Shown here in pieces: positions 49,151 through 58,392 of a DNA stretch of 62,378 bases. The stretch covers positions 1 through 62,378 of IMG/VR virus record IMGVR_UViG_3300030106_004741, one strand, 5' to 3'. The notes beneath the pieces were generated by a model. That model was not told where the DNA came from, searched no databases, and saw only the letters and a program-made list of their open reading frames with translations. Made by a program: the position numbers and the translations under genes. Source of the stretch: a virus (taxonomy: Duplodnaviria; Caudoviricetes). The stretch's first letter is position 1. Every line of letters starts with the position of its first letter.

Positions 49151-49564
49151 CTAAAATTTAACATATTTAAATGGCTTGGGGTCTTCAAAATAAACCATTA
49201 ACTCCTTGTCATTAACGGCTTCATCTCTCACTTCAGTTCTACCACCCCATCTCATTTCACCCACTAATTCGGGAACTTTAGCGTATATAATCCCATCTTC
49301 ACAAGCCCACATAATAATAGGGTTTAGTCTTTTGTCACACAACTTAACTAATTTTCTGGCAGCCACATACAGGGGGAAAGAATCTTTTAACAAACAACTC
49401 TTTCCTTTAACTTCCGCGTAGGCACATATTTTATTATTTGAATCGAAAATTCTAAAGTCAATATCATTAGGTCCTAGTTTTTTATAACTACCCTTAAACA
49501 AACCCACAAACTTCTTTATAGCTTTTAATTCTCTTTTTAAATCTTCGTTATTTTCGTATCTCAT
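49151..49564 (-). CDS. PD-(D/E)XK nuclease-fold protein (start reassigned to MRYENNED)
   Basis: IDF...YAEVKG; ATGA overlap with the upstream gene. Confidence 0.7.
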   Translation of the reverse strand: MRYENNEDLKRELKAIKKFVGLFKGSYKKLGPNDIDFRIFDSNNKICAYAEVKGKSCLLKDSFPLYVAARKLVKLCDKRLNPIIMWACEDGIIYAKVPELVGEMRWGGRTEVRDEAVNDKELMVYFEDPKPFKYVKF

Positions 49565-50280
49565 AATTCCATTAAACAATTTATAGCTGTGTGTCCTCCT
49601 AATACTACCCCACATCCGATTGCTTGTTTTTTGAAATGTTTGGCGTAGGCGGCGGCGTACGAACCTCCGTCAATCCCACATCCCACCTGCATCCCAAAGA
49701 CACGAAAGTTTCTTCCCACTAACCACTCGGTGTAACATTGGGTATGGATATGACCCTGCACGGTGGACATCATATCGTTTTTTGCCTTGGTCCTCGCTGT
49801 CCCCCCTTCTCCATGAACATACTGAACATTATCATATACTATTCTTTCCACCCAATTCCAATTAGTTCCAAGAACTTCATTGTAACTTTTAATCCATTGT
49901 TTAGGAACATCAGAGTCGAAGGCCTTCCTCATTATCATCCGGTCATGGTTTCCGATGAGAACATCAGCCACAGGAAATGCCTTATTCCATTTTGCAACCT
50001 CTTCAATAGCATATTCGAGTTCTGTTCCCCCCGACATGCCATTCGGGTCTGTTTGATGGAAAGAGCTATAGTGATTATCTAAAATATCTCCTATAAAAAT
50101 TACTTGATTACAGTTGTGTTTAGCATAAATATCTTTACAAAAATCTAAATAACCCTCTAAACAAAAGGGGGCATGAATATCTCCTATAACGAGGATACGT
50201 CTTTCGTTTTTAGTAAAATATTCAAATGCAGTTTTTTTATTGCCTTTAAGGCGGGGTCTAAAGTCGGAATTAAATTTCAT
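49561..50280 (-). CDS. Calcineurin-like metallophosphoesterase
   Basis: GDIH, GDILD, GNHD, HG and GHIH motifs. Confidence 0.9.
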   Translation of the reverse strand: MKFNSDFRPRLKGNKKTAFEYFTKNERRILVIGDIHAPFCLEGYLDFCKDIYAKHNCNQVIFIGDILDNHYSSFHQTDPNGMSGGTELEYAIEEVAKWNKAFPVADVLIGNHDRMIMRKAFDSDVPKQWIKSYNEVLGTNWNWVERIVYDNVQYVHGEGGTARTKAKNDMMSTVQGHIHTQCYTEWLVGRNFRVFGMQVGCGIDGGSYAAAYAKHFKKQAIGCGVVLGGHTAINCLMEL

Positions 50281-50467
50281 CTTCTAATGATTCTAATATC
50301 TCTTTACACCTCTTTATCAAAACTTTAGTTTCTTTCCTGCACTTATCATACTCTTTATCCATAAAGCTCTCATATAATTCGTCAGTGGCGGTGTGAATTT
50401 CATTAGTGATATAGTTAATATGCTCTATACGTTCTAATTCATAAACAGATATTTTGTTAATGGACAT
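50270..50467 (-). CDS. Hypothetical helical protein
   Basis: 65 aa in operon context. Confidence 0.65.
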   Translation of the reverse strand: MSINKISVYELERIEHINYITNEIHTATDELYESFMDKEYDKCRKETKVLIKRCKEILESLEDEI

Positions 50468-50499
50468 GATTTATTTATTAAACCCCTTTGTTTCATGTC

Positions 50500-50940
50500 T
50501 TACATCTTACTTTCGATGTACATTACCTTGCTTTCTTTAAGTTTTTTTACTTTTAATTCTAGTTCTCTGTTGCGTAAATATAGGTTTTTATTTTCTTTTT
50601 GGAGTAAAATCAGTTCTTTTTTCAACTCAAACTCGTTCATTTGCGTATAAATAATAGAGGAACTTTGCATTTGTTCATAAATTTGTTCATAAGTTTCGGC
50701 AAAATCTTTATCTATTTTGTAGAACCATTCGAAGTTGTTAAAATAATTTAAAATCGTCGCATGGTTTAAATTTAACATCTTACTAATAGCAAAACAACCA
50801 AAACCCCTTTTCTCCATAAGTTTAGAAAAAAGACATCGTGCTTTTATATAGGGGGTGTTTCGACATTTTTCGGTTAGTTTTAAATTAAATTTTCTCTCTA
50901 ATAAGTCTTTAGCGTTTTTTGCTTCTGCTGTTAATTTCAT
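50500..50940 (-). CDS. DnaA domain IV (TrpR-like HTH) protein
   Basis: R...IKAR...ISKMLNLNHATIL. Confidence 0.7.
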   Translation of the reverse strand: MKLTAEAKNAKDLLERKFNLKLTEKCRNTPYIKARCLFSKLMEKRGFGCFAISKMLNLNHATILNYFNNFEWFYKIDKDFAETYEQIYEQMQSSSIIYTQMNEFELKKELILLQKENKNLYLRNRELELKVKKLKESKVMYIESKM

Positions 50941-51260
50941 TTTAATGATTTGTTTTGATTAATATAGTCTAAATAAGTATCACAATCTATTTCATTTATA
51001 TCAATAAATAAAATAGGGTGATGTTTGCCTTCCTTTATATATTCTATTTCAAAAAAGAAAGGATGTTTTTGTTTTACCACTCCCGCAATTTGTTGTGACC
51101 AAACCTTACGGCTGTGTAGATTGTTTAAGTTTTTCTCTAACTGCATCATAACATTTATTCCAACCTCGTAGGGGTGTTCCATTAATTCATCAATAAACCA
51201 CTCGTCAAACTTGCACTCATTATTTTTTACCTCCTCTATATACTTCTGTTTTAATGCCAT
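50937..51260 (-). CDS. Hypothetical protein
   Basis: 107 aa in operon context. Confidence 0.7.
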   Translation of the reverse strand: MALKQKYIEEVKNNECKFDEWFIDELMEHPYEVGINVMMQLEKNLNNLHSRKVWSQQIAGVVKQKHPFFFEIEYIKEGKHHPILFIDINEIDCDTYLDYINQNKSLK

Positions 51261-51468
51261 AACTTTTTAACTCTTTAATACGATACTCTTGTAATTTAGA
51301 TAACTTTCCTTTTTTATTTTTCACCTCCACGAACAACACATTACTATTTGGGGGTATAGCTAGAAGGTCTGGGATGCCGTTTTTATTGGTGGTTGTTAAT
51401 TTAATAACATAATAACCTTCACTTTCTAGTTCTTTTATTTTTTTTGATTGAATTTGTTGTTCTGTCAT
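51220..51468 (-). CDS. VRR-NUC (Holliday-junction resolvase-like) nuclease
   Basis: EQQIQ, GIPDLL, FVEVK, LSKLQ. Confidence 0.88.
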   Translation of the reverse strand: MTEQQIQSKKIKELESEGYYVIKLTTTNKNGIPDLLAIPPNSNVLFVEVKNKKGKLSKLQEYRIKELKSYGIKTEVYRGGKK

Positions 51469-51471
51469 TCT

Positions 51472-52716
51472 TTACAAAGATAATAAATCCTTTTTGAAGT
51501 GTCTAACGGTGTAGTCCTTCTTCTTTGTTACCGCTTTATATATATCGTCTTCTATTCCGTTTTTACAAAAAACCCAATACACACTATTGTGAGAACGACT
51601 TTTTGTTGTCATTCTATCACGACTTTGCCAATAGCTTGTTGCACTAAAGTCTATGTTGTAATAAACAATATGGTCGGCTTCTTTTAGAGAAATACCTTCT
51701 CTTCCACTCACAATTTGTAATGCTATATTTTTATCTGTTTCCTTAAACTCCTTTAACTCGGTAGTTAGGTCTTCCCCAAAAATTATTTTTAAAGCATCTA
51801 ACTCGGCTTTAAACTTATAAAAGATAGCAATCTTTTTATTTTTAAAGTGTTCTTTAATAAATTGTGCCTTACTATAATCTAAAACCATATTGTTCCCACT
51901 TTCAAACTTGACTGTTCCTGAATAAAGTTGATGTAATTTAGTCATTAATTTTACAGGTGTGTCAGCTAAAACAATCTCCTCCTCTCCCTCTACCACCCTG
52001 TCTTTTTTCAACTTAGTAGTAACCTCATAGGTTAAGTCACTCATGGTGACATATAAAACTTGTTCGGAAATTTTAGTTTTAAATCCTGCTTCTTTTTGAG
52101 AAAAACTAATAGTATGGGGTTTCATCTTGTCTAAAATTAAATCTGAACCCCCTGAATAGTCCCGAATAAATAGTCCGTTTATTTTCTTTTCTTTTATTTT
52201 TACATAACGATGAGCAAACTTATAAAAATTTACACAATCATTAAAAGGGTTGGATGGGATACCGTACACTTGATGGTATAATTGACTATACGACTCGGGT
52301 GTAGGAGTTCCTGATAATAACATAACTTTGGCACGAGTTTTGAATATAATATCTTTTACTGCTTTTGCGCGTTTATTGGGTTTGGGAAACGCCCCTAAAC
52401 TATGTGCCTCATCACATATAATCATATCCCACTTTAAATCTGGTATTTTATGCAGAGATTCATAATTAACTACTATCAATTTGTATTCAGGAGATAAAGA
52501 TTTATAATCTTTTTCAATAGAGGATATGGCTTTCTTTTTAGTTATAAATAAAACATTATTCATAAATAGTTTTTCCGCCACCCCTAAACTTGTTAGGGTT
52601 TTGCCTGTTCTCACCTCCATAGCGAGGTAAACAAAATTATTTTTAATAAGACACCCTACCGCTTGGTCTATTATATTTGATTGATAATCTCTAAAAGTGA
52701 TTTTTGATAAACTCAT
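51472..52716 (-). CDS. SF2 (SNF2-like) helicase
   Basis: RDYQ, RTGKT, DEAH, LSGTP, GREGISL, QSRDR. Confidence 0.9.
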   Translation of the reverse strand: MSLSKITFRDYQSNIIDQAVGCLIKNNFVYLAMEVRTGKTLTSLGVAEKLFMNNVLFITKKKAISSIEKDYKSLSPEYKLIVVNYESLHKIPDLKWDMIICDEAHSLGAFPKPNKRAKAVKDIIFKTRAKVMLLSGTPTPESYSQLYHQVYGIPSNPFNDCVNFYKFAHRYVKIKEKKINGLFIRDYSGGSDLILDKMKPHTISFSQKEAGFKTKISEQVLYVTMSDLTYEVTTKLKKDRVVEGEEEIVLADTPVKLMTKLHQLYSGTVKFESGNNMVLDYSKAQFIKEHFKNKKIAIFYKFKAELDALKIIFGEDLTTELKEFKETDKNIALQIVSGREGISLKEADHIVYYNIDFSATSYWQSRDRMTTKSRSHNSVYWVFCKNGIEDDIYKAVTKKKDYTVRHFKKDLLSL

Positions 52717-52936
52717 TTAATTCTTTACATTTTATAAATTCTTCTTCTCCTTCATAATACTCTAACACACCCAACACATCTTCTAATTCTAGTTCACTTG
52801 AGGGGTCATGTGCAAACCAACCTCCTCCTTTTTCAATAATTAAAACTGCATCATACTGTCTTATTATTACATCATACGAGTTTTGCATTGCTTTTTCTAA
52901 ACTCCAATCTTGATACTCGTCTTCTTTTAAAAACAT
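52691..52936 (-). CDS. Hypothetical acidic protein
   Basis: 81 aa in operon context. Confidence 0.65.
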   Translation of the reverse strand: MFLKEDEYQDWSLEKAMQNSYDVIIRQYDAVLIIEKGGGWFAHDPSSELELEDVLGVLEYYEGEEEFIKCKELNEFIKNHF

Positions 52937-52937
52937 T

Positions 52938-55355
52938 TTAAAAATCCAAATCTGTTTGTACTTCTAATTCTTTTTTACTTCTAATTCTTAGCCACCTTCC
53001 CTGTGCATCTCTCCCCTCTTCGGGTTGTACACCTTCTTTATATAGAGCATAAGAAACTAACCATTTGTAAAATCTAGTTCTCGAAATAGTCATTTTGGCT
53101 TTAGGGCCATAGTCAGGATATTCCTCAATAAACTCTAAATATAATTGGTGTTTATAGTTTTTTACATCTACAACTAGTTTAGGGTTAGGTTGCGACCCTT
53201 TTATTAAACCACACCACTCTATAAAATCGTGAGATGTTTCGGCGGATAGTTTTCTTATTTTCAAATTAACAAATTTACTTATTTGAAGTCCGTTTTCTAA
53301 ATAGAGTTGTAAACAACTTATCATGTAATTATCAAACCCACACCACTCATCATCACTCCAATCTCCAAACATTAATTTTCCAAAATCATCTAAAGGTGTG
53401 AATGATTTATTGTAATGTTGATGAAGTTCCAACTCCCATTTTCTACGCTCAAAAGAATTACCCGCTCCCTTAATTGCATAATTAGTTGTTATAGCAATCT
53501 TGGGAGATTTATTAAAAGGTATTTTAATTGCATCTTTGTTTTTCTTTTCCAATGTTAAACCTTCGGTTACTACACTAAACAATCTTTCAAAATCAAAATG
53601 TTTCTTTACATCGTCAAAAACAAGTATTTGAGTGTCAGCTGATACAAGTTGATAAGCAAAAGACCTTTCAAAAGTAAATGATTTTCCGTCAATAGTTACA
53701 ACTTTTTTCATATTAGCCAAAGCATTCATAAAGATACCTTTACCTGTCCCTCCCTCTGGGTTGTCAGATATAACCTCATCATTTAAAATAACGGCAGGAC
53801 AATAAGATAAATTTTTATGTCCATGTAATAAAAATCCAACCGTACTTTCCATAGACTTTACTCTTTCATGATTATTACCTGATATGTTTCCGATAAATTT
53901 TTTATAAGAACAATCCTTATGTTCACATAGATTAAAGTTTCTATCAATAATATGGTCTTTCCAAACATAACCTCCTAAATCTAAATAATCAATAGGTTTT
54001 ATTTCGTCTTTTGTTATTTTTACTGCACAATTTCTATAATATAAATATGCAGAGTTTTTAGTGTCCGCTATAAAATAAATATCAATAGTGGCTAATAAGG
54101 TTAAAAATTCTTCTCTAAACAATCTGGTGTTATCGGCAAAATAATTATAAACTGATGTATCATCAATCTCTAATAAATGTCCTAATATAAAATCCTTTAT
54201 TTCCTTTTCAGAAGTGTGGTCTATTAAATTATTAGTAACCCTAACAAACACATAGTTCTTACTTCCTTCGGGGCAATACTTATAAAACCCGCTGTCTTCC
54301 AAAAACTGTTTAAATAAAATATGTACTATTTTAATTGTTCCCTTATCATTTTTACTCCAAAACTGTTTAAGGGCATTTTCTTCCTCTACCTTATTTAAAA
54401 CTGCATCTATAGTTTTATCATCTAAATTCGTTTCCTCTAGTTGATTTCTTATTTCTTTTTTAGTAACCCCTCTTCTTAATTTAGATTTAATAACATTTAC
54501 TCTTTCCTCGTCCTCATAGTATTTAGTTCCAAAATTTTGGGTGTGCGAATAAGCACTATCAATAGTTCTTTGTATTTCAGTAAGATTAAAATCTTTTGTA
54601 GCAAAACTATTCATAACATAAGATGCTAAAGACTTGTTTATTCCGTAATCATTAAAAGCCATTGCAAGAACATATACATTTTGATTTCTTTGTCCTTCAA
54701 CCATTGGGTATTTTTTTTGCCACCACTTTACCAATATCTCTACAATTTTATTTTCATCTGTAATAGGTATAGTGGGTGGGTCTCGGTGTACTATAACCTC
54801 AGTATACTCAATATCTTCTATAACATCCCATACAGAAGAATTTGGGTTTATATGTAATAAAGGGTCATAACTTTCATAACACACTCTACTTAAATTTTTA
54901 CATGTCTTATCAAAATAAGGAGAAGAGAAATGTTTTTCTAATGAATTAAAATAATTAATATGATTATCTGCATCTTCTGGTATTTTAACCAAAACTTTTA
55001 ATCCATTACCCGAAGGACTTATAAAAACTGCATAAACATATTTGTCTTTAGTTAAACTTTCTTTAGCACTTAATAAATCTTTTTGTTTTTTATAGCCGTC
55101 AAAATCTAAACAAATCAATCCACTATGAGTATTAAGAGAGGTGTCATTTCTTTTTGTAAATGTCCCCGAAAAACACAATGCTGGTAAATTTTTCTTTATC
55201 TCGTTTCTTGCCCCCTTGTCTTTTTCTAATCTTATTTTCTTTACAAGTTCTTTTGATGCTCCCTCTTTAATTCGGCTTAATACTAACCCTACTTCTCTAT
55301 AAAAAGGAGTTGAGGTCTCCTTTATGTTTTTAAAAATTGTAATTGTTGGTGTCAT
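52938..55355 (-). CDS. Primase-helicase (BT4734/VirE-N-like primase, PriCT-like domain, SF3-type helicase)
   Basis: GLICLDFD, SPSGNGLK, EGQRN, GGTGKG Walker A, VFDD Walker B, ITTN. Confidence 0.85.
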   Translation of the reverse strand: MTPTITIFKNIKETSTPFYREVGLVLSRIKEGASKELVKKIRLEKDKGARNEIKKNLPALCFSGTFTKRNDTSLNTHSGLICLDFDGYKKQKDLLSAKESLTKDKYVYAVFISPSGNGLKVLVKIPEDADNHINYFNSLEKHFSSPYFDKTCKNLSRVCYESYDPLLHINPNSSVWDVIEDIEYTEVIVHRDPPTIPITDENKIVEILVKWWQKKYPMVEGQRNQNVYVLAMAFNDYGINKSLASYVMNSFATKDFNLTEIQRTIDSAYSHTQNFGTKYYEDEERVNVIKSKLRRGVTKKEIRNQLEETNLDDKTIDAVLNKVEEENALKQFWSKNDKGTIKIVHILFKQFLEDSGFYKYCPEGSKNYVFVRVTNNLIDHTSEKEIKDFILGHLLEIDDTSVYNYFADNTRLFREEFLTLLATIDIYFIADTKNSAYLYYRNCAVKITKDEIKPIDYLDLGGYVWKDHIIDRNFNLCEHKDCSYKKFIGNISGNNHERVKSMESTVGFLLHGHKNLSYCPAVILNDEVISDNPEGGTGKGIFMNALANMKKVVTIDGKSFTFERSFAYQLVSADTQILVFDDVKKHFDFERLFSVVTEGLTLEKKNKDAIKIPFNKSPKIAITTNYAIKGAGNSFERRKWELELHQHYNKSFTPLDDFGKLMFGDWSDDEWCGFDNYMISCLQLYLENGLQISKFVNLKIRKLSAETSHDFIEWCGLIKGSQPNPKLVVDVKNYKHQLYLEFIEEYPDYGPKAKMTISRTRFYKWLVSYALYKEGVQPEEGRDAQGRWLRIRSKKELEVQTDLDF

Positions 55356-55359
55356 TTTG

Positions 55360-55425
55360 ATGTCGATTTAATGTCAATTTTAATTATCTAACTTACTGAT
55401 TATCAATGTCAGTGTCAATAATGTC
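55360..55425. repeat. TGTC-phased element copy B (origin/iteron-like), directly upstream of the primase-helicase
   Basis: Ungapped similarity to 5772..5837, next to an AT-rich tract. Confidence 0.7.
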
Positions 55426-55518
55426 GTTTTTTTGTCTAAAATAAATAAATAAAAATAAAAAAGAAAATAATTTTCATATATATTGTAGTAAACACGAAAA
55501 ATACGACAAAATCGGCAC

Positions 55519-55556
55519 AAAAAAAGGGGGGTAGAAATGCAATACCACCCCCCTTT
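55519..55556 (-). terminator. Intrinsic terminator after the SSB-like gene
   Basis: gggggg...cccccc stem with an A-tract on +. Confidence 0.65.
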
Positions 55557-55572
55557 CTTAAACATGCCTACT

Positions 55573-55845
55573 TTAGAAAGGTAAATCTTCCTTCACTTCC
55601 TGAGGTTGTGATGGAGTATTTTTTTCTTGTGTATCCTGATTAGGTTTCCATGTATCAAGTTCACAATAAAAGTTTCCACTTCTTGCTCTATTGATGTTAA
55701 GGTTTACCCACCCATTGTTAGCACGCTCTTTTAAAAATGCTAATGCATCTTCTACTTTAATTGAAAGTCTTCCGACTACAAAATCGGGTTGATTTTCTCT
55801 TGTCTTAAAAGAAAATCCATCTGCAAAAATTTTTTCATCTGCCAT
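55573..55845 (-). CDS. Single-stranded DNA-binding protein-like
   Basis: Small beta protein with an acidic EDLPF tail. Confidence 0.65.
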   Translation of the reverse strand: MADEKIFADGFSFKTRENQPDFVVGRLSIKVEDALAFLKERANNGWVNLNINRARSGNFYCELDTWKPNQDTQEKNTPSQPQEVKEDLPF

Positions 55846-55872
55846 TTTAATTAGTTTTAAGTTAGTTAATAA

Positions 55873-56607
55873 TTAGTTTAATTGTTCATTTATGTAATAA
55901 GTGTTTATATCTTCTTCTGCGTTTTTACAAAAGAATTGATTATATACAGTTATTGCTTTTTCTACTTTTTGTTCTCCTCTTTCTAAAAACTCTTGTGTTG
56001 GCTCAAACATTCCTAGTGTGTGAGTTTGCTTGTCTATCACAAGAAAGATTAAAGGTTTACCAAAAAGTTGTTCATATATATATGCCTGACTATCGTAATT
56101 ATACTCCCTAGCCGACCATTTAAATTTAGATATATCACTTGTTGTTTTTAAATCTACCAACACATGTTCATTTACTATATCTGCCTTACCCTTCCACCAT
56201 ATTCCTTTTATTTCCTTAATCTTAGGCACTTCATAGGAATTATCTTTTTCTTTAATCATGTCAAAAAAATCTATATTACTCAACATAGTTTTAGTTAATG
56301 ATATTATTTCGTCTACTTCTTTTTGTAACAGAACGATTGTTCCATTACTATATTCTTTGTATGCTTTTGTGTTACGAGAATTTACATCTATACAGTTTAT
56401 ATTTTTAACCTTGTTCGGCTCAAGTATTAATTGATGAAACAACCTTCCTTTTAAAAAATTTACATTATCAGGTCTGTCCTCCCCAAAATCTCTTGGGTTT
56501 TTTAAAAGTGTTCCTATATCAGAGTTAGACAAATAGTTTTTTCCAACCCCACGATAGTACTGTTCATCATCTTTTAATTGTTCTGAAATTTTATTTATAT
56601 CTACCAT
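55873..56607 (-). CDS. RecE/exonuclease VIII-like PD-(D/E)XK exonuclease
   Basis: LSNSDI, GRLFH, KGKAD, VDLKTT, YDSQAYIY. Confidence 0.85.
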   Translation of the reverse strand: MVDINKISEQLKDDEQYYRGVGKNYLSNSDIGTLLKNPRDFGEDRPDNVNFLKGRLFHQLILEPNKVKNINCIDVNSRNTKAYKEYSNGTIVLLQKEVDEIISLTKTMLSNIDFFDMIKEKDNSYEVPKIKEIKGIWWKGKADIVNEHVLVDLKTTSDISKFKWSAREYNYDSQAYIYEQLFGKPLIFLVIDKQTHTLGMFEPTQEFLERGEQKVEKAITVYNQFFCKNAEEDINTYYINEQLN

Positions 56608-56753
56608 TTTCTTTTGTTTTTTAAACTGTCTATGATATGCTTAAATCTTCTTTTAAGTTTTTCAATATCATATACTTTTTTATAATCTTTATCATAACTG
56701 TATTCTACACCTATTTCAAAATCCTCTTGATATGTATGTTTTTGTTTATTCAT
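56601..56753 (-). CDS. Hypothetical protein (start reassigned to MNKQKH)
   Basis: ATG at 56753, downstream of a structured intergenic element. Confidence 0.6.
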   Translation of the reverse strand: MNKQKHTYQEDFEIGVEYSYDKDYKKVYDIEKLKRRFKHIIDSLKNKRKW

Positions 56754-56773
56754 ATTTAAAATTTTTAAAGTAA

Positions 56774-56865
56774 GAAGGGGGGCCAAAGAACCACAAAGCG
56801 CCCACTATGGGCTAGAGTGAGGAGAACGACCAAGTTAATTCACTCTAATAAAAAAACCCCCCTTC
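56774..56865 (-). ncRNA. Candidate multi-stem structured RNA
   Basis: 9-bp closing stem (56774-82/56857-65) enclosing 5-bp and 8-bp hairpins; intergenic and GC-rich. Confidence 0.45.
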
Positions 56866-56868
56866 CAC

Positions 56869-56997
56869 TTATTCTAACTCTTTCCAATAAGCCCTACTGC
56901 AACCGTCACTGCAAAAATCATAATCACTATCCTCTCCACAGTGTTTACATATTACTTTGTTTACTTCTATTTGATATGGCTCTATATCCCAACTCAT
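56869..56997 (-). CDS. Unannotated 42-aa zinc-finger peptide (CKHC...FCSDGC)
   Basis: Manual translation; TAATG coupling. Confidence 0.65.
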   Translation of the reverse strand: MSWDIEPYQIEVNKVICKHCGEDSDYDFCSDGCSRAYWKELE

Positions 56998-57119
56998 TAT
57001 TTTTTATTCTTTATTTGTTTATCTATCCAATTTGAGATTTGAGTTACGATATACATTCCTGCAATAATACCCATTCCAAAAGTAACTCCCATTAATAGGA
57101 TTGTTAATATATTTTCCAT
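56997..57119 (-). CDS. Unannotated 40-aa single-TM peptide MENILTILLMGVTFGMGIIAGMYIV...
   Basis: Manual translation; TAATG coupling on both sides. Confidence 0.65.
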   Translation of the reverse strand: MENILTILLMGVTFGMGIIAGMYIVTQISNWIDKQIKNKK

Positions 57120-57703
57120 TACTTACTTATTATTTTTTTTAATTCTTTTTTTACAACATCTGTGACTTTATATTTTTTAGACAACATGGTGGCAATTTTC
57201 TCCATGCCTAATTGTTTATTGTCCGCCACATACCTTAAAACCTTATCCCAATTATCATCTCCAATATCTAATGTTATACCTATAATTTTATCTTCTTTTT
57301 CAGGTTTAGAGGGTATATCTTCTCCTGTCCACAACGATAAACCAAGTCCGTGCATTGCGATTGCTTTTGCAGTTGCTCTTTGGATAGTTTTACTTACATC
57401 AAATGATGTCATTTTGTCCATAGGTATAGATTTGTTTCTAAAATCCATAACAGGTAGATAATCTATATGTTCAATATCATTTACTATAATACCCACTTTC
57501 ACATAAGCCGTTTTCCCTTCAGTAAAATAATTAAGTCCTGTTGATTGACACTCATATACTACTCGTTGTGATTTAGGATATTCTTTTTTCAACATATCCC
57601 ATGCATTACTCCACGAAAGGTAATCCAACCCTCCCTTTTTTTCTACCAACCTTTTAATAGGTAGTTCTGATAATTCTTTATAATAATTTTTTACTTTACT
57701 CAT
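57119..57703 (-). CDS. Sak/Rad52-like single-strand annealing protein (DUF1071-like)
   Basis: LDYLSWSNAW, LPVMDFRNK, KAIAMHGLGLSLW.GED. Confidence 0.85.
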   Translation of the reverse strand: MSKVKNYYKELSELPIKRLVEKKGGLDYLSWSNAWDMLKKEYPKSQRVVYECQSTGLNYFTEGKTAYVKVGIIVNDIEHIDYLPVMDFRNKSIPMDKMTSFDVSKTIQRATAKAIAMHGLGLSLWTGEDIPSKPEKEDKIIGITLDIGDDNWDKVLRYVADNKQLGMEKIATMLSKKYKVTDVVKKELKKIISK

Positions 57704-58103
57704 CTTTAATAAAATTTAATTTAGTTGAAATTGTGGTAAAATTCTCCATAATTCTAACCCTGTTTGCTTTAGCATTAAGAATTGCTCGTGTGTTATTTTT
57801 ACCATTTAATTCTTTTTTAATTTTCTTTTCTATTTTATCTAGTTTTCTACGATAATTAGTCAAAGATAACACATAAATTCCATATCTCCAACCTTTTTCT
57901 TTAAAAACTTCATACTCTGCTATACTAATTTCTTGATAGTAATCTCCGTTTAAAGTCGTGTTAAGAATTTGCACAGTATTAGTTTCGTGGCATTTCATTA
58001 TTTTAATTCCACACAACAACCTTGCCCCATACCCTTTTTTATCTAATATGGCGGCTGCAATATCCTCTTCTGCCTCTTCCCAGACTTTTAATAAATCACA
58101 CAT
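57696..58103 (-). CDS. Hypothetical protein
   Basis: 135 aa in operon context. Confidence 0.7.
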   Translation of the reverse strand: MCDLLKVWEEAEEDIAAAILDKKGYGARLLCGIKIMKCHETNTVQILNTTLNGDYYQEISIAEYEVFKEKGWRYGIYVLSLTNYRRKLDKIEKKIKKELNGKNNTRAILNAKANRVRIMENFTTISTKLNFIKDE

Positions 58104-58392
58104 TTTCTTCTATTCTTTCTATTACACTTAAATAATCTTTGTCTTCATTTATTTTTTCTTCCACTTGATTTATTCCATGAATAATAGATGAGTGGTTAAT
58201 TCTATAACCTCTACTTTCCATAAAGTCCTGTATATAAGTAATTCTCATAGGTCTTTTTTTACATAAGTAATATAAAAGATGACGAGCATCAACTTTGTTT
58301 CTTTCTTTGGACTTTGTAAACAATTCAAGTTCAGGCAACTCAAATACACGAGCAACCTCTTGCACATATTTTTTAAATATATCTTTTTTCAT
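58096..58392 (-). CDS. DnaA domain IV-like HTH protein
   Basis: SKERNKVDARHLLYYL...INHSSIIHGINQVE. Confidence 0.8.
   Translation of the reverse strand: MKKDIFKKYVQEVARVFELPELELFTKSKERNKVDARHLLYYLCKKRPMRITYIQDFMESRGYRINHSSIIHGINQVEEKINEDKDYLSVIERIEENV

Noticed and set aside
56774-56865. tRNA gene
   Set aside because: No T-loop (TTCGA), D-loop or cloverleaf spacing.
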